From the NCBI GenBank assembly GCA_973895155.1, contig OZ316892.1, forward strand, positions 1,429,223 through 1,493,222: a DNA stretch of 64,000 nucleotides, in the 5' to 3' direction. Each line of letters opens with the position of its first letter. Positions within the stretch are counted from its first letter, which is position 1. Below are positions 22,100 to 35,243 of this stretch, piece after piece. Source of the stretch: Marsupella aquatica. Taxonomy: Eukaryota > Plantae > Marchantiophyta. A model generated the notes under the pieces. It did no database searches, was not told the origin of the DNA, and saw only the letters and a list, made by a program, of their open reading frames with translations. The translations under genes were made by a program, and so were the position numbers.

Positions 22100-25000
22100 G
22101 GTCATGTGTGCCTCTACCATGAAGAATCTTGAATTGGGAGATGGCAAGGAGTCCATCTTGGAACCATTTTAGGCAAGAACTTGCTCAATGGTGGAAATGG
22201 AGCTTGTGGGGATGGAGGGCAAAGCCCAAGCATTGATTGATACTGGATCAAAGGTAAATCTAATGTCAAGAAACATCTATGATCTTGGGCAATGGATGGT
22301 TGATTGTGATACCCAGTGGTCGGTAAACTCAATCAATCGTTCAAAGAATACACTTTGGGGAGGATGTCCAGGAGTTCCAGTGAAGGTTGGCAGTGTGATT
22401 GAGCCAACTAACATCTTTGTGCATGATAGCTTACCCTATGACTTGATTTTAGGGCAGCCTTACATTACTCAAGCTCGATTGAAATACAAGGTTTTGCCAG
22501 ATGGTACTCATATGGCAAAGGTGAGGAGTCGAGATGATTTGCGGATTATCCAATTTCCTATGGTGAAACCTGGACATTGGAGGAATCGAAAGGAGTTGAG
22601 AGGACCTGAATCCAAGGAAGGAAATGAGGATTTCCGGAAGGCGTCTCATTAAACAATGCGGGATGGCGGGGTGCCATCTCTGATGACCCGCTGATGGCTT
22701 GGAATATGAATAGTTTGTTGGCAAGCTCGTTTGAAGGTGAAGGCTTGCATTGACGAATTTCTTATGTGAAAGTGTGTGAAACTACTAGAAAATTCCAAAA
22801 AAAAATTGCGAGGATTGAGGATACTATGCAAATACATGGATTGCTAAAGGAATGTGAGGAGATTGAAGGCCTTCTAGATGAAGAAGGAGTGGTAGTCTCT
22901 TTGGAAGAAGTAATTGAAGGTCTTTCAGAGGGGAGAACTTCTATGGAAATCAGTCATGAGTTGTATGGTGAATTATCTCAATTTGTTGAGGTCAACACCA
23001 AGTACAAAACGGTGGACAAGAAAGTGAGACCAGCGGCACTTCCTTTGCCTTTGGATGCTAAGGAGGTTCTGGAGAAGGCAAGGAAGGAGACCAGTCTTAG
23101 AGATCGGACTAAGATTGGCCATAAATTCACAGAGGGGACCCTTAATCAACTAAGGATTGGCGATGATGGGCTGTTGACAAGGAGAGAAAGAGAGAAGTTT
23201 CGACAAATGATTGGTGAACATGGGTAAGGCTTTTGTCTTTTATCCTGAAGAGATGGGATGTGTGGATCCTAGTGTAGTTACTCCTATGGTGATTTTCACT
23301 GTCCCTCATATTCCTTGGGACTTGAAACCTATTCCGGTGCCCAGGGCTTTGTTGCCTAAACTTGTTGATCTATTGAAGGAGAAACTTTTCACTAGGATCT
23401 TGGAAAGAGCAGATGCACCTTATTCTAATCGTTGGTTTACCATTCGCCAAAAAAATGGTAAACTTAGATTTATTCAGGATATGCAACCACCCAACAAGGT
23501 TATTATTCGCAACACTGGGATAGGACCTATAGTTGATGAGTTTGCAGAAGAGTTTGTCGGTAGAGTCATCTATTCATGTGGTGACCTCTATTCAGGCTAT
23601 GATCAGTTTCAGTTGGCTCAAAGTAGTATAGATATCACTACAATGAGGACACCTTTGGGGCTACTTCGTATATGTACTTTGCCTCAAGGAGCAACCAACT
23701 CAGTGGCACACATGCAGAATGCCATGAATAAGGTACTACATTGTTTTATTCCAGAGAAGACTCAACCATTCCTTGATGATATGCCAATCAAGGGGTGCTT
23801 GGAGGCAAATAAGGATGAGACTATACGAGAAGATGGGTTGCGACAGTTTGTATGGAAGCACATTCAGGATGTGAAGGCCATCTTGAAGAGACTGATTGAG
23901 GTTGGGCTCACTCTTTCTAGAGAAAAATCTTCATTTGGGCTCCATGAAGTCCTGATTGTGGGACAGATTTGTGGAGTTGAAGGAAGGAGGCCAAATGAAG
24001 GAAAAGTGGATGCAATCAATCAGATGAAAGATTGCAGAACATCTTCAGAGGTGCGAAGATTTCTTGGTGCTTGCTTATTTTATAGGGTTTAGATTCCACA
24101 CTTTGCACATATTGCTGATCCCTTGTATGGATTACTAAAAAGAATGTGCAATTTGTTTGGACTGAGGCACACAAGGAGGCTATGCAAAGATTAAAGGAGG
24201 CATTACTTAGCCCCCTTGTTATACGTCCCTTATGCTATGATGGGAGGCCAATCATTGTTACTGTCGATTCAAGCCCTGATGCTGCTGGATGGGCAGTAGG
24301 GCAATATGATGAAGAGGAAAGGAGAATTGCATCAAGGTTTGGGGCTAAGGTCTTTTCAGCAAGACAAAGACATTATCCTCAAATCAAACGAGAATTATGG
24401 GGTGCAAGAACAGCTTTGTGTCAAGAAAAGGTCTACTTGATTGGAGCACAAATAATTCTTGAGATAGATTGTTTATCACTTTTAGGGATGATTGCTAATT
24501 ATGATACTCCAGATATTGCTATGCTACGTTGGATAGCTTTTATCAGAATGATCAATCCTGAGCTTCGACATATTGCTGGAAAAGATAGCCCTGTAGCTGA
24601 TATGCTGTCAAGAGCTCGATATGATCATACTGAGACATCTGAAGCAGTTCAAGTGATGAGTGGAGAATTTGAGATTTTACAATTTCAAGAGAAACTATAT
24701 TCTGGACAGTTGCTTTTGATTGGGAGGTACCTTAGTACTCTTCAAAGGTCTTCTGAATTGACAGATGATGAGTTTCAGCGATTATGGAAGAAGGCTTACA
24801 AGTTCATGCTGAAGGATGGTGTCTTATGGAGAAGATCTTTGAAAAAAGGACATGTTCCATGTAGAGTGCTTGATACTGAAGAGGAGAAGAAAAAGGTCTT
24901 GTGGGACTCTCATGATGCAGTTGAAGCAAGACATCGAGGAGTTAGAGCTACTTATGAGCGGATTCAGAGATGGTATTGGTGGTCAGGCATGTATGTGGAT

Positions 25001-26040
25001 GTGAAATCATATGTTGGGTCTTGTAAGACTTGCCAATATTACTCCAAAGTTTGATTTAGGGATGGGCTTAATCCTACTAGTCCTTTATCATTACATTTTC
25101 AGTGGGCAATAGATGTGGTGCACATGCCATTGGGAGTTAGAGGAGCAAAGTACCTTGTCCTTGCAAGAGAAGATTTATCTTCTTATGTGGAAGGAAGAGC
25201 TTTGACCTCTAATACTACTGAAGCAATATGCAGGTTTGTACTTGAAGATATCATTGCACGTCACGGTTATTTTGTGCAAATGAGAGCAGATAGAGGAGAA
25301 CTCAATTCGGATGAGGCTGCAGATTTCTTTGATCGATTCAACATCAAGCTCAAACTTACTACTGCCTACAACCTGGAAGGCAATGGGAAGATTGAGCGAG
25401 GGCACCCACCGATTATAAATGCCTTGGTAAAGTCTTGCCAAGGAAAAGCATCAATGTGGCCAAACCTTTTACCGTTTGCTCTTTTAGCATATCGGATGAC
25501 ATGCACTTCAACAACAGGATTTGCACCTGCCGAATTGGTCTGTGGACATTTACCTTTGATGCAGATTGAAGAGAATGTTCAAAGCTTGAGAATAATTGAT
25601 TGGGAAGATGACATCACTCGAGAGGATTTATTGGAACGAAGGATTGAGCACTTTAGCCAGACCAAGGAGAAAATTGAGGAGGCTTTATTAAGGCTCGTGA
25701 GAAGAATAAGGAGCAATTTGATAAGACTCATCGTTTGAGACCAATTCCAATCCAGAGTGGAGATTGGGTATTGATCTATGAAGGAGGACTTGAGCAACAA
25801 CATTCTACCTTAAAGAAGTTTGCACGTCATTGGAGATGACCATTTGTTGTTGAAAAAGTCAATCCTAATGCAACCTACTTGGTTAGAGAACTGGATGGAG
25901 CAATTCATCGCACTCCCTATGCAGGAAAGCGAGTGAAATTTTTCAAGCGGCGAACTCACTTTATGGCAAAAGAGAAAGAGTTTGAACCAGATGACTTTGA
26001 AGCTTTGGATGAGGATGAAGATTATCGTGATCTATAGGTG
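22100..26040 (+). pseudogene. pol: G2 pol (PR, RT, RNase H, integrase), decayed
   Basis: ALIDTGS, DLYSGYDQ, LPQGATNS, FLDD, VDSS, H..H/CKTC zinc motif, RADRGE, GKIERGH. Confidence 0.93.
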
Positions 26041-26952
26041 TGGTGCATCCGGAGGTTGCACAGATTTGGTAGGAATGATATGTCGTGATAATTCAATTAT
26101 TCATGATGAAATCATTACCACTAAGTATATAAGTAAGTATATAGGTTAGCTTTATATATTGTTACAGGGTAACTAAATAATTTTACTATTATGTATGTGC
26201 ATGCAAGGTAAGCAACTATGCAAACCACAAGATGCATGCACAAATTGTTTGGATGCATGTGCAAATTGTTTTATTTGCATGCAATAGTCATTTTATGTGC
26301 ATGCAAGGTGATCAAATATGCAAACCACAAGGTGCATGCACAAATAGTTTTAGGTGCATGCAAATTATTTTATTTGCATGCATTAGTTATTTTATGTGCA
26401 TGCAAGGTGAGCAAATGTGCAAGTCACAAGGTGCATGCACAAATTGTTTTAGATGCATGCAAATTATTTTATTTACATGCATTAGTTGTTTTATGTGCAT
26501 GCAAGGTGAGCAAATGTGCAAGCCACAAGGTGCATGCATGCACAAATTGTTTTAGGTGCATGCATTAGTTGTTTTACTTGCATGCATTATTTGTTTTGAT
26601 TACAATAATACTAGCACACATTCCTACGTTGGATGTGTGCCACTTGGCTTTCATGCAAGCGTTTGGGCGTAATCCATGCCCTCTTGGATTCAATATAAAT
26701 AAAGTGGTGAGGGGCACTCTCTCCTCATTCTCACATTTTGATAATTTCCGTGTCGAAGTGATCCTCTTTTCTTCTCTCATCTTTCTCTTCTATTCTTTGT
26801 CTTATGTACATAGTAATGGGGCATCCTTTGGCCCGGATAGCAAAGGAATGAGTGGTAGATTTATAGATGGGATCTTAGGGAACAAGGTCTCTTTGGGAAC
26901 TTAGGGGTGGAGCATCATTTGACCCGGATAGCAAAGGAATAAGAGAGTCATT

Positions 26953-27168
26953 ATGAATCCAGGAGGGAGAGATATCCCTAATCTTCCCATTCGTAACCCA
27001 TTTTTGGTTAGAGTCTATCTTTTAGAAAAGCCATCCATGAGGCAGCATTTAACTTATCACTTCGGAGCTCAATTTGCAGCTGCTGTTATGACTTCTAATG
27101 AGCCAATAGTATACCCAGTAGTGTCTTACCGAGAAAAGTGGGAGTGCATTATCTTTGTCCTTTATTGA
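26953..27168 (+). CDS. LTR microprotein A (F2, 3' LTR, 71 aa)
   Basis: Intact; same family as 15618. Confidence 0.72.
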   Translation: MNPGGRDIPNLPIRNPFLVRVYLLEKPSMRQHLTYHFGAQFAAAVMTSNEPIVYPVVSYREKWECIIFVLY

Positions 27169-27172
27169 AGTC

Positions 27173-27379
27173 ATGGATCTAAATAGGAGTCCAGATGACA
27201 TTCCTATTTCATTTTCTCTTGGAGATATTAGGATTGTATTTCGTAGAAAAATTAGTTTCCGAGATGTGTTGATCCGTAAGTATGGTGAAGTAAGATTTAA
27301 TAGTATATTAGTTTCACCTGAACCTTTCTTAATACCCACCACCCTTCTTACAAGAGTTATCATTTTGGTTTTAGTGTAA
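27173..27379 (+). CDS. LTR microprotein B (F2, 68 aa)
   Basis: MDLNRSPDDIPISFSLGDIRIVFRRKISFRDVLIRKYGEVRFNSILVSPEPFLIP...; ATG 4 nt after the ORF A stop. Confidence 0.72.
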   Translation: MDLNRSPDDIPISFSLGDIRIVFRRKISFRDVLIRKYGEVRFNSILVSPEPFLIPTTLLTRVIILVLV

Positions 27380-27451
27380 AACTTATGGGCATGCAAGGTT
27401 AACTTCATAAGAGCCAACATGCTCTTACCAGAAAACACGGTCACCCGGACA

Positions 27452-28225
27452 CCGGGATATTGAAGACCTCGTCCGGAAACCGAAGCAATGCCTCCCAGAA
27501 GCCGATGTATTTGCCTTTGTCATAGAAGTACCCTGATACCTCTTCGGGTCGATAAAGCTCGCTCTGGGATGGGTACTCAAAGTTAAGAAGATAGTGGTGG
27601 CGGCCTGCTAGGCGGATGGCTCTCTCGTATTTGCGTTTGATCTCGTATCGGCGCGGGTTGGTGTGTTTCAATGAGTCGGCCAAGTGCCCTCCGATAGACA
27701 GGAACTGTGTCCAGAATCGTATGGCCGAACTGGAAAGGATCGTGTGTGACATTCAGAGGAGATAGTAGGTGACTAAGGATAAGCGAGAGAGCTAGGGTCG
27801 AAGTTGGCGCGTGGACTGAAGAACTGGTGGACTGCAAAGGATCGGCCCCCTTTTATACCATGAGAGCTTGTCGATCGCCCGACGCCTCCTTGTCGCTCAT
27901 AGGCCAAGCCTTTCACGCTCGTAGTGTACCAGCCACTTCGCCGGTCCGGGTCAGCTCGTGTCAGTGGCCGCCTCCCAGAGTTTTTTATACGGACCCGAGG
28001 GAGGGGGAAATGGGGCCCCTTACATGCTCGCAACCAGGGCGTGCAAATGGCGACCCGCCGCCAGTCCGAACATGAATTCCCCTTATTGACTAATGATTTC
28101 CTATTCATAATGGCTACCTAAATACTGTCGTTATGCTAATAATAACGGCCTAAGATACCCCTAACACACGTGCTAAGCGTGGTTAGACCGAATCACTCAT
28201 TACCCACCGTACCGGCGGCGTTACA
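27452..28225 (-). mobile_element. 5' part of a second family-X giant LTR
   Basis: Similar to 21233-22001; minus strand starts TGTAACGCCGCCGGTACGG; ORF start MSHTILSSSAIRFWTQF at 27752. Confidence 0.88.
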
Positions 28226-29245
28226 ATCTAGCAAACCAAAAGGTAAGGCTTGGTTTAATGATTGATCTATGTACTGGATAGATTGATGTACAGTTTTAAG
28301 AACTTGCAAAGTAACAAGCATTATATATGTTTATGTTGTTTCCTGGTTTTGAAATGCTATGATGTTTTTCAGGGCATTTGCGTCGTGCTCTCTCTACGTC
28401 CAAGCACTCTCTTGTACTGATCTGCCATTTGAACTCCAAGGTACAGCCAAGCAATATTCTTCCCTAGTGCTTTCTTTCCTTGTATTTTGCACTTCTATTA
28501 TCAAAGGATAATGTACAGGGCATTGTGTGTTCTTAGGTAAGTTATCATTTCAACTTTGTCACTTTCCGCTGTAGATTTAGAACTTGTTTGCAGGGCCCAT
28601 CGAATTAATCAGAGACCATGGGGAAGTAATGCCCTCATTGGAGACTGCTAGATTTGGTCGCTGGCAGTCTAGCGCTCTATTAATTTTGAAGCAGGTTGCC
28701 CAAAAAGTGTATATAGGGGGCGTTGAGTGCTTAGAGTCTATTAGGTAATAGGGCTTGGGTGGTCTAGTCTCAACTTCTCTGCTGGTATCAATAGTGACTC
28801 TGCAAAGCCCAACTAACTATTGGAGGAGAGGGATGCCCATGCTCTCTTGTGCTTACGCCAAAATTGGAATCCTTGCATGCAAAGGGTACGTCTCTTCCCA
28901 CCCTAAATTCTTGGAGAAAGCAACAATGGACCTTGCAAAGCCAATCACCACGAGAAATGTTTGGGATGGGGCAAGGCCCTCGTGGGATTGTTCAAGTGGA
29001 GGCGGTCTCCAAACGTCTGTTGGGCTAGAATACTTTGTCGTTCTATCCATGTTATCCCTCTGACTTCTTTCTGTCAATCTTATCCCTCTGACTAGCTTCT
29101 TTCTATTAATCTTATCCCTCAGACTTATCATTTATTCTTCCACACTCATCATTTGCAAAAGAACCTATGTTGTCTGCCTAATGAAAACATAGGAAGTTGA
29201 CCCTCATGGTGTTGATGGTCATATTGTATTCTCAAATGTTTGCAG

Positions 29246-32200
29246 GCCCATGTAAGGTGCATAGGGTTACAAAAGAGGGTGTGATAGAATGCCGCCCACC
29301 ACACTATACAAGAATGCAAAGAAAATGGGAGAAACTCAATCTTATTGAGGATTTTGGGGGGAAGATCATTATCATCCCCATGAATGGTAGTGATGCTCCC
29401 ATTCAGAATGTGCTGGTAGGACCGCATCAAGTCCTCCGAAGTAGCAATGCCTCAAATGGGCCATCCTGGACTGAGAGTGACGAGCGTGCCACTTCTCTGA
29501 TCATGGACGAACCTGAATTGGGCCCTGGTCAAGATTCTGAGGCTCCATCATCTGAGCCCGAGCCTGAGCTTGAGCCTGAGCCTGATCTACAAGTCACCTT
29601 TCTGTCTGAAGGATGTCCAATGATCTTAAGAGAGTATGGACATCATCTGTGGAGAAGTTGTTGGCTTACATGGAGTCTATTAAATGTGGTGACCACAAAT
29701 GGAAGGTCAAAACCTGGGACAAAGACAACCTACCAAGGGGACATCTTGAGTGTTGTGAGTGTGATACTCAGGTGGAGGATTGATGGATAAAATATCCATC
29801 AACAATGCTTTCACAAACTACAAGAGCAAGCATTTGCGCTCATCCAAGCATACAGCCCGTGTTGCATCAAACAGGGGGGAAACTATGGACCCACGGGAGA
29901 TTTCAAGAAGGGCTCTTGCTACTAGTATGAGCGATAGAGTCATACTAGACCAACATCTGAGCATAGTTGCAAAGGTCTTGAATGAGTCCCAGAGTGTCGG
30001 TCGGGATACATTTACTGTTGTGGGTGATGTCTAGAAGGACCCGGTGGAGCTGTAGAGGTTGAAGCTTTTCTGCAATTTTTGTCTATGCCACATGTCATTG
30101 ATACCAAAGCAATGGAACTTGGAGTCCAACCTCAACGCTCATTGTAGTGGGTTGAGTCATCTTGATTACGTGACAAAAAGTCAGAGGCCTGCAAGAAACG
30201 AGCCTGTCATGTCAGGACGTCCTGGAAGACCCCAAATTGTGGATGGGAGGGATGTCAAACAACGGACAATCCAGGGGTTTTTGAGCCGTTTGTCCGCTGC
30301 AAGTGCTTCCAGCAGTTCCTCTCGAGTGCCTACAACAGACAATGACAGAGGTATTATTGATAACTTATCACTTTTGTGTTGGGGTCTATGGCGGGATGAG
30401 GTACAATATGGTTCAGAATCCAGGCCTATCAAGGGAGTCTTGAATGATCAAGTCAAAGTAGAGGGGAAGTGGTTTGTAGAGCCTTTGGTCAGGGTAGAGG
30501 TGTGGTGTTTGTCCACTCAAGAGACTTGTGTGATCATGGGTTTATTCAGACATTCCGAATGTAGGCGAATTTCACAAGAAGGGGGTGGTTTTGAAGATTT
30601 GACATGCTCAAAATGTTTTTCCATAAAAACATTAGATGACTTTAGACAAAGGGTATCAAGAGAAGATAAAGCCCTTGAGAAACGGGGTTTGAGAGGGACT
30701 GGGAAGGGTAGGCGCCTAGGGTACCTCAATGTTTTTGAGATTCAGAGGCAAGCTAAAGTGTATAGGAATACTCTTTGCAGAGAGAGAAAGTTACAGAGAT
30801 TCCTCAACCATAAATTGCTTATGTTTAAGTCCTCAATTCCAAGTGTGAGGGAGGTTTGCCTCAACTATCAGGGTCCAAACAAGGAATCTGTCATGAAAAC
30901 TTGCTAGTCAATAGTTTTAGCACACAAAAGGGGTGCTTTTGGTGGAAGGGGTGCTCTATGGGATATGTTGTCAGATATAGCTTCAAACTTGAACAAAGAG
31001 AAGGAAGGTTATAGATATAAGCCAGGAACAAAGCTTTTATGCCAAACATTGTTCTTGCATGGTGGGCGTCATGTAGTTGACTGCCTTGCCACTAACGGAA
31101 TAGGGCCTAGTTTAAACACCCTGCAACGAGACAGGAGAGGTATGCCAGTGTTTAGAGCAGGGATCCATGAATCTCAATTCAAGTTTATTGCAGAGATCTA
31201 CTCTGAAATAAAAAAACGCCTGGATATATCAGGCCCAATTCACTGCTTTCTGGCAGAGGACGAGACCTATGTCAAGCAAACAGTCAAGTAATTTGCCTTC
31301 AACAACTTATGAATATTTGTCAAAGCTGTTCAATGACTTCTCTAGTTCAAGTACGTGGAGTTCTTTGAACATACACTAAAGTAGTGACATCTTGCATTCT
31401 TTGCAGATGGTTGCCTAAAGATGATACACTTCTTGGATTTTGTGGAAGCAAAACTGACCATGAATGTAAGACTGGATTGCAAATAGAGGTGTGGCAGGGA
31501 GAAGTTGGCTTCAACAACATTATAGGTGCTTTTGATAATTCAAGGGTAGGGCACCTTGCAAGGTGTGTGATAGTGAATCCTCTTGGCGTGGGGTTCCCTC
31601 GCTTGCCTGTACTGGGCACGTCAACCTGTAATACGTTTGACAGTCCTTGGGTCAGGAGACAATGGAGTGACATGGATTCAATGTGGACCACCCACTATCT
31701 AGAGAAGGTGGGGCCTCTACTAGGCCACGCAAGTGATGGGGATTTGCAAAGACAAAAACTCATGCTTGAGGACTACAGTGGAAGAGGGGTACCAGGGCCA
31801 AGGGCACCAAACCTGATGTGGGAAGGTTTTAAACTAACTCACACCATGACCAATGATGGAACATTGAGGCATGCAACAGGGCTACATGATCAGGATTTTA
31901 TCCACAATGGGAAGAAACTAGTTAATCCACTGGATTCTACTACCCGGATCCTAAAATTAGGGTCACAGGTGGCAAACTTGAGTCACTTGAGACATGTCTA
32001 CCATTTATATGAGCATGAAGAGCATGGTCTTAATGAGGAGGACATAAGACGTGCAAACAGGCAAAATTGGGCAAGTGCACAAAGGCTGTGTAGCCGCAAA
32101 GTGAGTTCCATGCTAAAGATGCTACGATTGCGCAAGGATCCAAAGGTGGAGCTGGCAATTGGGACTGAGGTTTATACAGGGATATGTGCTGATTACTTGG

Positions 32201-33850
32201 ACATATTTATGAATACCCGACTCACTTTGCGAGAGAGAATTGTCCTATGTGAGAAAGTGGGTTTCTTTTTCAAGTTGTGGCGTCTGTGGTGCTTCCATGG
32301 TAATCATGCAGTGGGAGGTAACACATAGAGTATAACTTTTACCAAGAGCTACATCCCTATGCAAACTTTCCTGGACATACAGATATCAGTCCATTTTGTA
32401 GTCTTCTTGATAATTCAATTTAGGACTAATTTCCGTCATCTACTAGTGCCATTACATCTGACCGGGTCAGATGCTTGTGAACAGTTTTTTTCCAAGGTAG
32501 GGGGTATGCGGGGTAATGAGCGGAACTATGATATAGCTCAGAATTAATAGAGTATGCAACCTCCCTTAATAGGTTGGCTGCAATGGATCTGGCAGAGGGA
32601 ATAATGGGTGTTGGACAGAGCCATAAAAGCATAAGAGCATTTGGATGACTCTTCATCCTGCAAAAGAGGGGACTGATATAGAGGCAGACCAATCAGATTA
32701 CACAGGGATTGAGACTGATGCAGATGTCGTCCTGGCTTTGCAAGAGGGGTTCAAATTGGCTCAAACTGCAGCCACTGAATTGCAAATGAATCCTTCAACA
32801 TCTGCCAACAACAAACTATGGTGGAATTCACCATGGAAAGTTGAGGAGAAAGACACCAAGTTTGGTGGTTGGTGTAATATCAATGTGGACACCTTGGTAG
32901 ATGTGCGGGATACTCTTCCTCTTGAGTCCACCCCTAGAACCACCTCCACTGAAAATGTACTTGGAATTGCATCATCATCTACACCAATATCAGCCCCAAT
33001 GTCTAGCCCAAGCTTACAGGCGGGTGTCATCCCTACTGTCATTCCTACTGGCGAGGAGAGGGAGGTCCATAGGGAGGTAGACCCAGATTTAGAGGTGGTT
33101 GGGGCTGAACTGGAGGCTACCATGAATGTGATATATTCAAACTTGGTTTATGGGGCGCCCATACAGGAAGTGTGTCCAACTGTCACCCATAATGGACGAG
33201 AGATCTACAAAAGTACGTTGGTAAGTCAGCTTGTTGGGAACCCTCATCTCAGTAAGGACCGACTGACCCGAGTGAAGCAGAGTATATACTTCAATAACTT
33301 GGTGGATAAACCCACATTTTGTGAAGGAGTTGCAACTATGTTCATGACAGTCGGCAGTGATTGTGGGGTATTATTTTTGGATGAAACAGAAGAGGTCAGA
33401 ACTACTCGAAACACAGAGGCCAATTCTAGAGCATAGAAAGGGAAGGGTCAACGGGGAAAAAAGAAACAGTCGGTGCAGAATCCTAGAAGGCCAAGAGGTG
33501 AAGCAGTACCTGCATCTTCTACTCCTTTTCCAAAATATGGTTGGTGGATTGGTAGAGTATAGAGCATACATCAGAAGTATGGGGGTACCATTGCCAGATC
33601 AAGAGAAGCACTAGATCTACTAGATAGACCTGGTTCTGAAGCAGGGTGTCAAGTTGTCTTCAATTGGTTTACTCCTATTGGCACTCGTAGGCATAAATTT
33701 GCCTACAATATATGTGATCCTCAAACCATCGACATGGACTGTGTCATATCAACAGTCAATTTCACAGTTGATCCCTTGTATCGTTCAGTTTTTGAGTTAC
33801 ATCCAGATGATGTACTTGCCCTCGACAATTTTGTAAGGAACAACATAGTG
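29246..33850 (+). pseudogene. P-element/THAP9-like DDE transposase with N-terminal zinc fingers and an intron, decayed
   Basis: Motifs LAEDET, HASDGD, QDFIHNGKK and SDACEQFFS in P-type order; C2H2-like fingers (CNFC...HCSGLSH); GT-AG intron 31288-31406 restores the frame (TVK-WLPK). Confidence 0.65.
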
Positions 33851-35243
33851 TAATCAGGTGGAGTTGCCCAAGGTTTAGGGTACATAATCCCTACCCTAGA
33901 CTTCCATCTCATAGTGGGAAAAACATTGTTTGGTTGCAGGAAAGGCAGTTAGGAAGGGTACATAATTTATTCATTTCATCTGCAATTCATTGGTAAACCC
34001 TACCTACAACGTGACTTCTTGCACTCTTCAATATAGTATGTCATTTCAATTCTCTGATTTGCTAAGTTCATATTGCTGATATAATATGGTTTGGTCCATT
34101 GTGGATCAGGTTATTGACATCAGCTTGTGGTCTATTACAATCAAAAAATGATGTTAACTCGAGTCAAGAAGAAATGCGGACGTGATCGTGGAAGCCCTGC
34201 AGTACCAAGAGGCAGAGTGAGAAAAGGAATTTGGAGATCTGCAAAGAGGAACCCTGTAGGGGATGAAGCCAAAGTGATTGAAGTTCCTGCACAGAGGAAA
34301 CCTAAAGGGGATGAAGCCAAAGTGATTGAAGTTCATTGTGATGATGAGTCTGAATTTGATACAGGCTTAGAAGCTTGTGATGTTGTGGTTCCTATTGTAG
34401 AGTCAGGTGTGAAGGGGCTATGTAGGATAGTTAGGATTGAAAGATCTGAGCATATGTGTGTTGCTGTGCCAGCTCACTTTTACAATCAAATTTTTTGGCC
34501 TACAGAATTGCCTGTAAAGCTTTGCTTAACAGAGCATCCTAATAACGATGGAGGCCAGATGTAGGAAATCTAAACAAGGTTGCTAGAGCAGCCCGACAAT
34601 ATTTACTTGTAGTTATTAATAGTATGATTGTTCTCTTTCATACAATTCTAGAAAATACATCAGTGAATTCTCTTTACCAAAGAGTCTTTGATAATAAAAG
34701 TATACAAGTATTTTCATCATAGTTAGCTTTGTGTGTTTTCCTTGTATTTTGAACTAATTTTTTTATAACCGAACAAGGTGAATTAAATTATCTCAATTTC
34801 TTCTTTTATAAAAACTAAAGGATATAAACGAAGGTCAAAATATGGATTTTTAGAAGTAACAAGAGAAATTTAAATTACCAAAAAAATATTAAGAAAGGGT
34901 ACCAAGAGGGGGGCCGATCGCAAGGGGGTCTGGATATTTTACTAGGACTGAGGGCCCAGGGGATTTGTTGGAAATTGCAATCCATGACGTAACTTGGGAA
35001 GTAAATTATGTGGAAAGAGGATAGGCCAATTTGAGGCTTAGTGTGAGAAAACTGTTCATCGTAGAGTGGGACAAAGGTTGTGAGAGATATTTTAGAGGAT
35101 AATGGTGAGAGAAATTGATCGACAAAGGGGATCGCAAGGATAATGTGAGGTAAGATAAGGCGTACTTTGGAAAGCTTTCTTCCAAGATAGGAAAAATAAG
35201 AGCTCGGTGCTTCCCAAGAACTAAAGATTCCTTTGACATCGCC

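Larger units (their letters stand above)
14768..27451 (+). mobile_element. Full-length decayed Ty3/gypsy retrotransposon (G2) with ~1.35-kb F2 LTRs
   Basis: LTRs 14768-16119 and 26081-27451 (TGTC...GGACA); PBS; gag-PR-RT-RH-INT order; no matching TSD. Confidence 0.93.
26081..27451 (+). repeat. 3' LTR of G2 (family F2)
   Basis: Direct repeat of 14768-16119 with many substitutions. Confidence 0.95.

Noticed and set aside
34127-34564. 145-aa ORF with a duplicated GDEAKVIEV motif
   Set aside because: Non-ATG start, no homolog in the window and no recognisable domain; it may be an exon of the transposon but this is unsupported.
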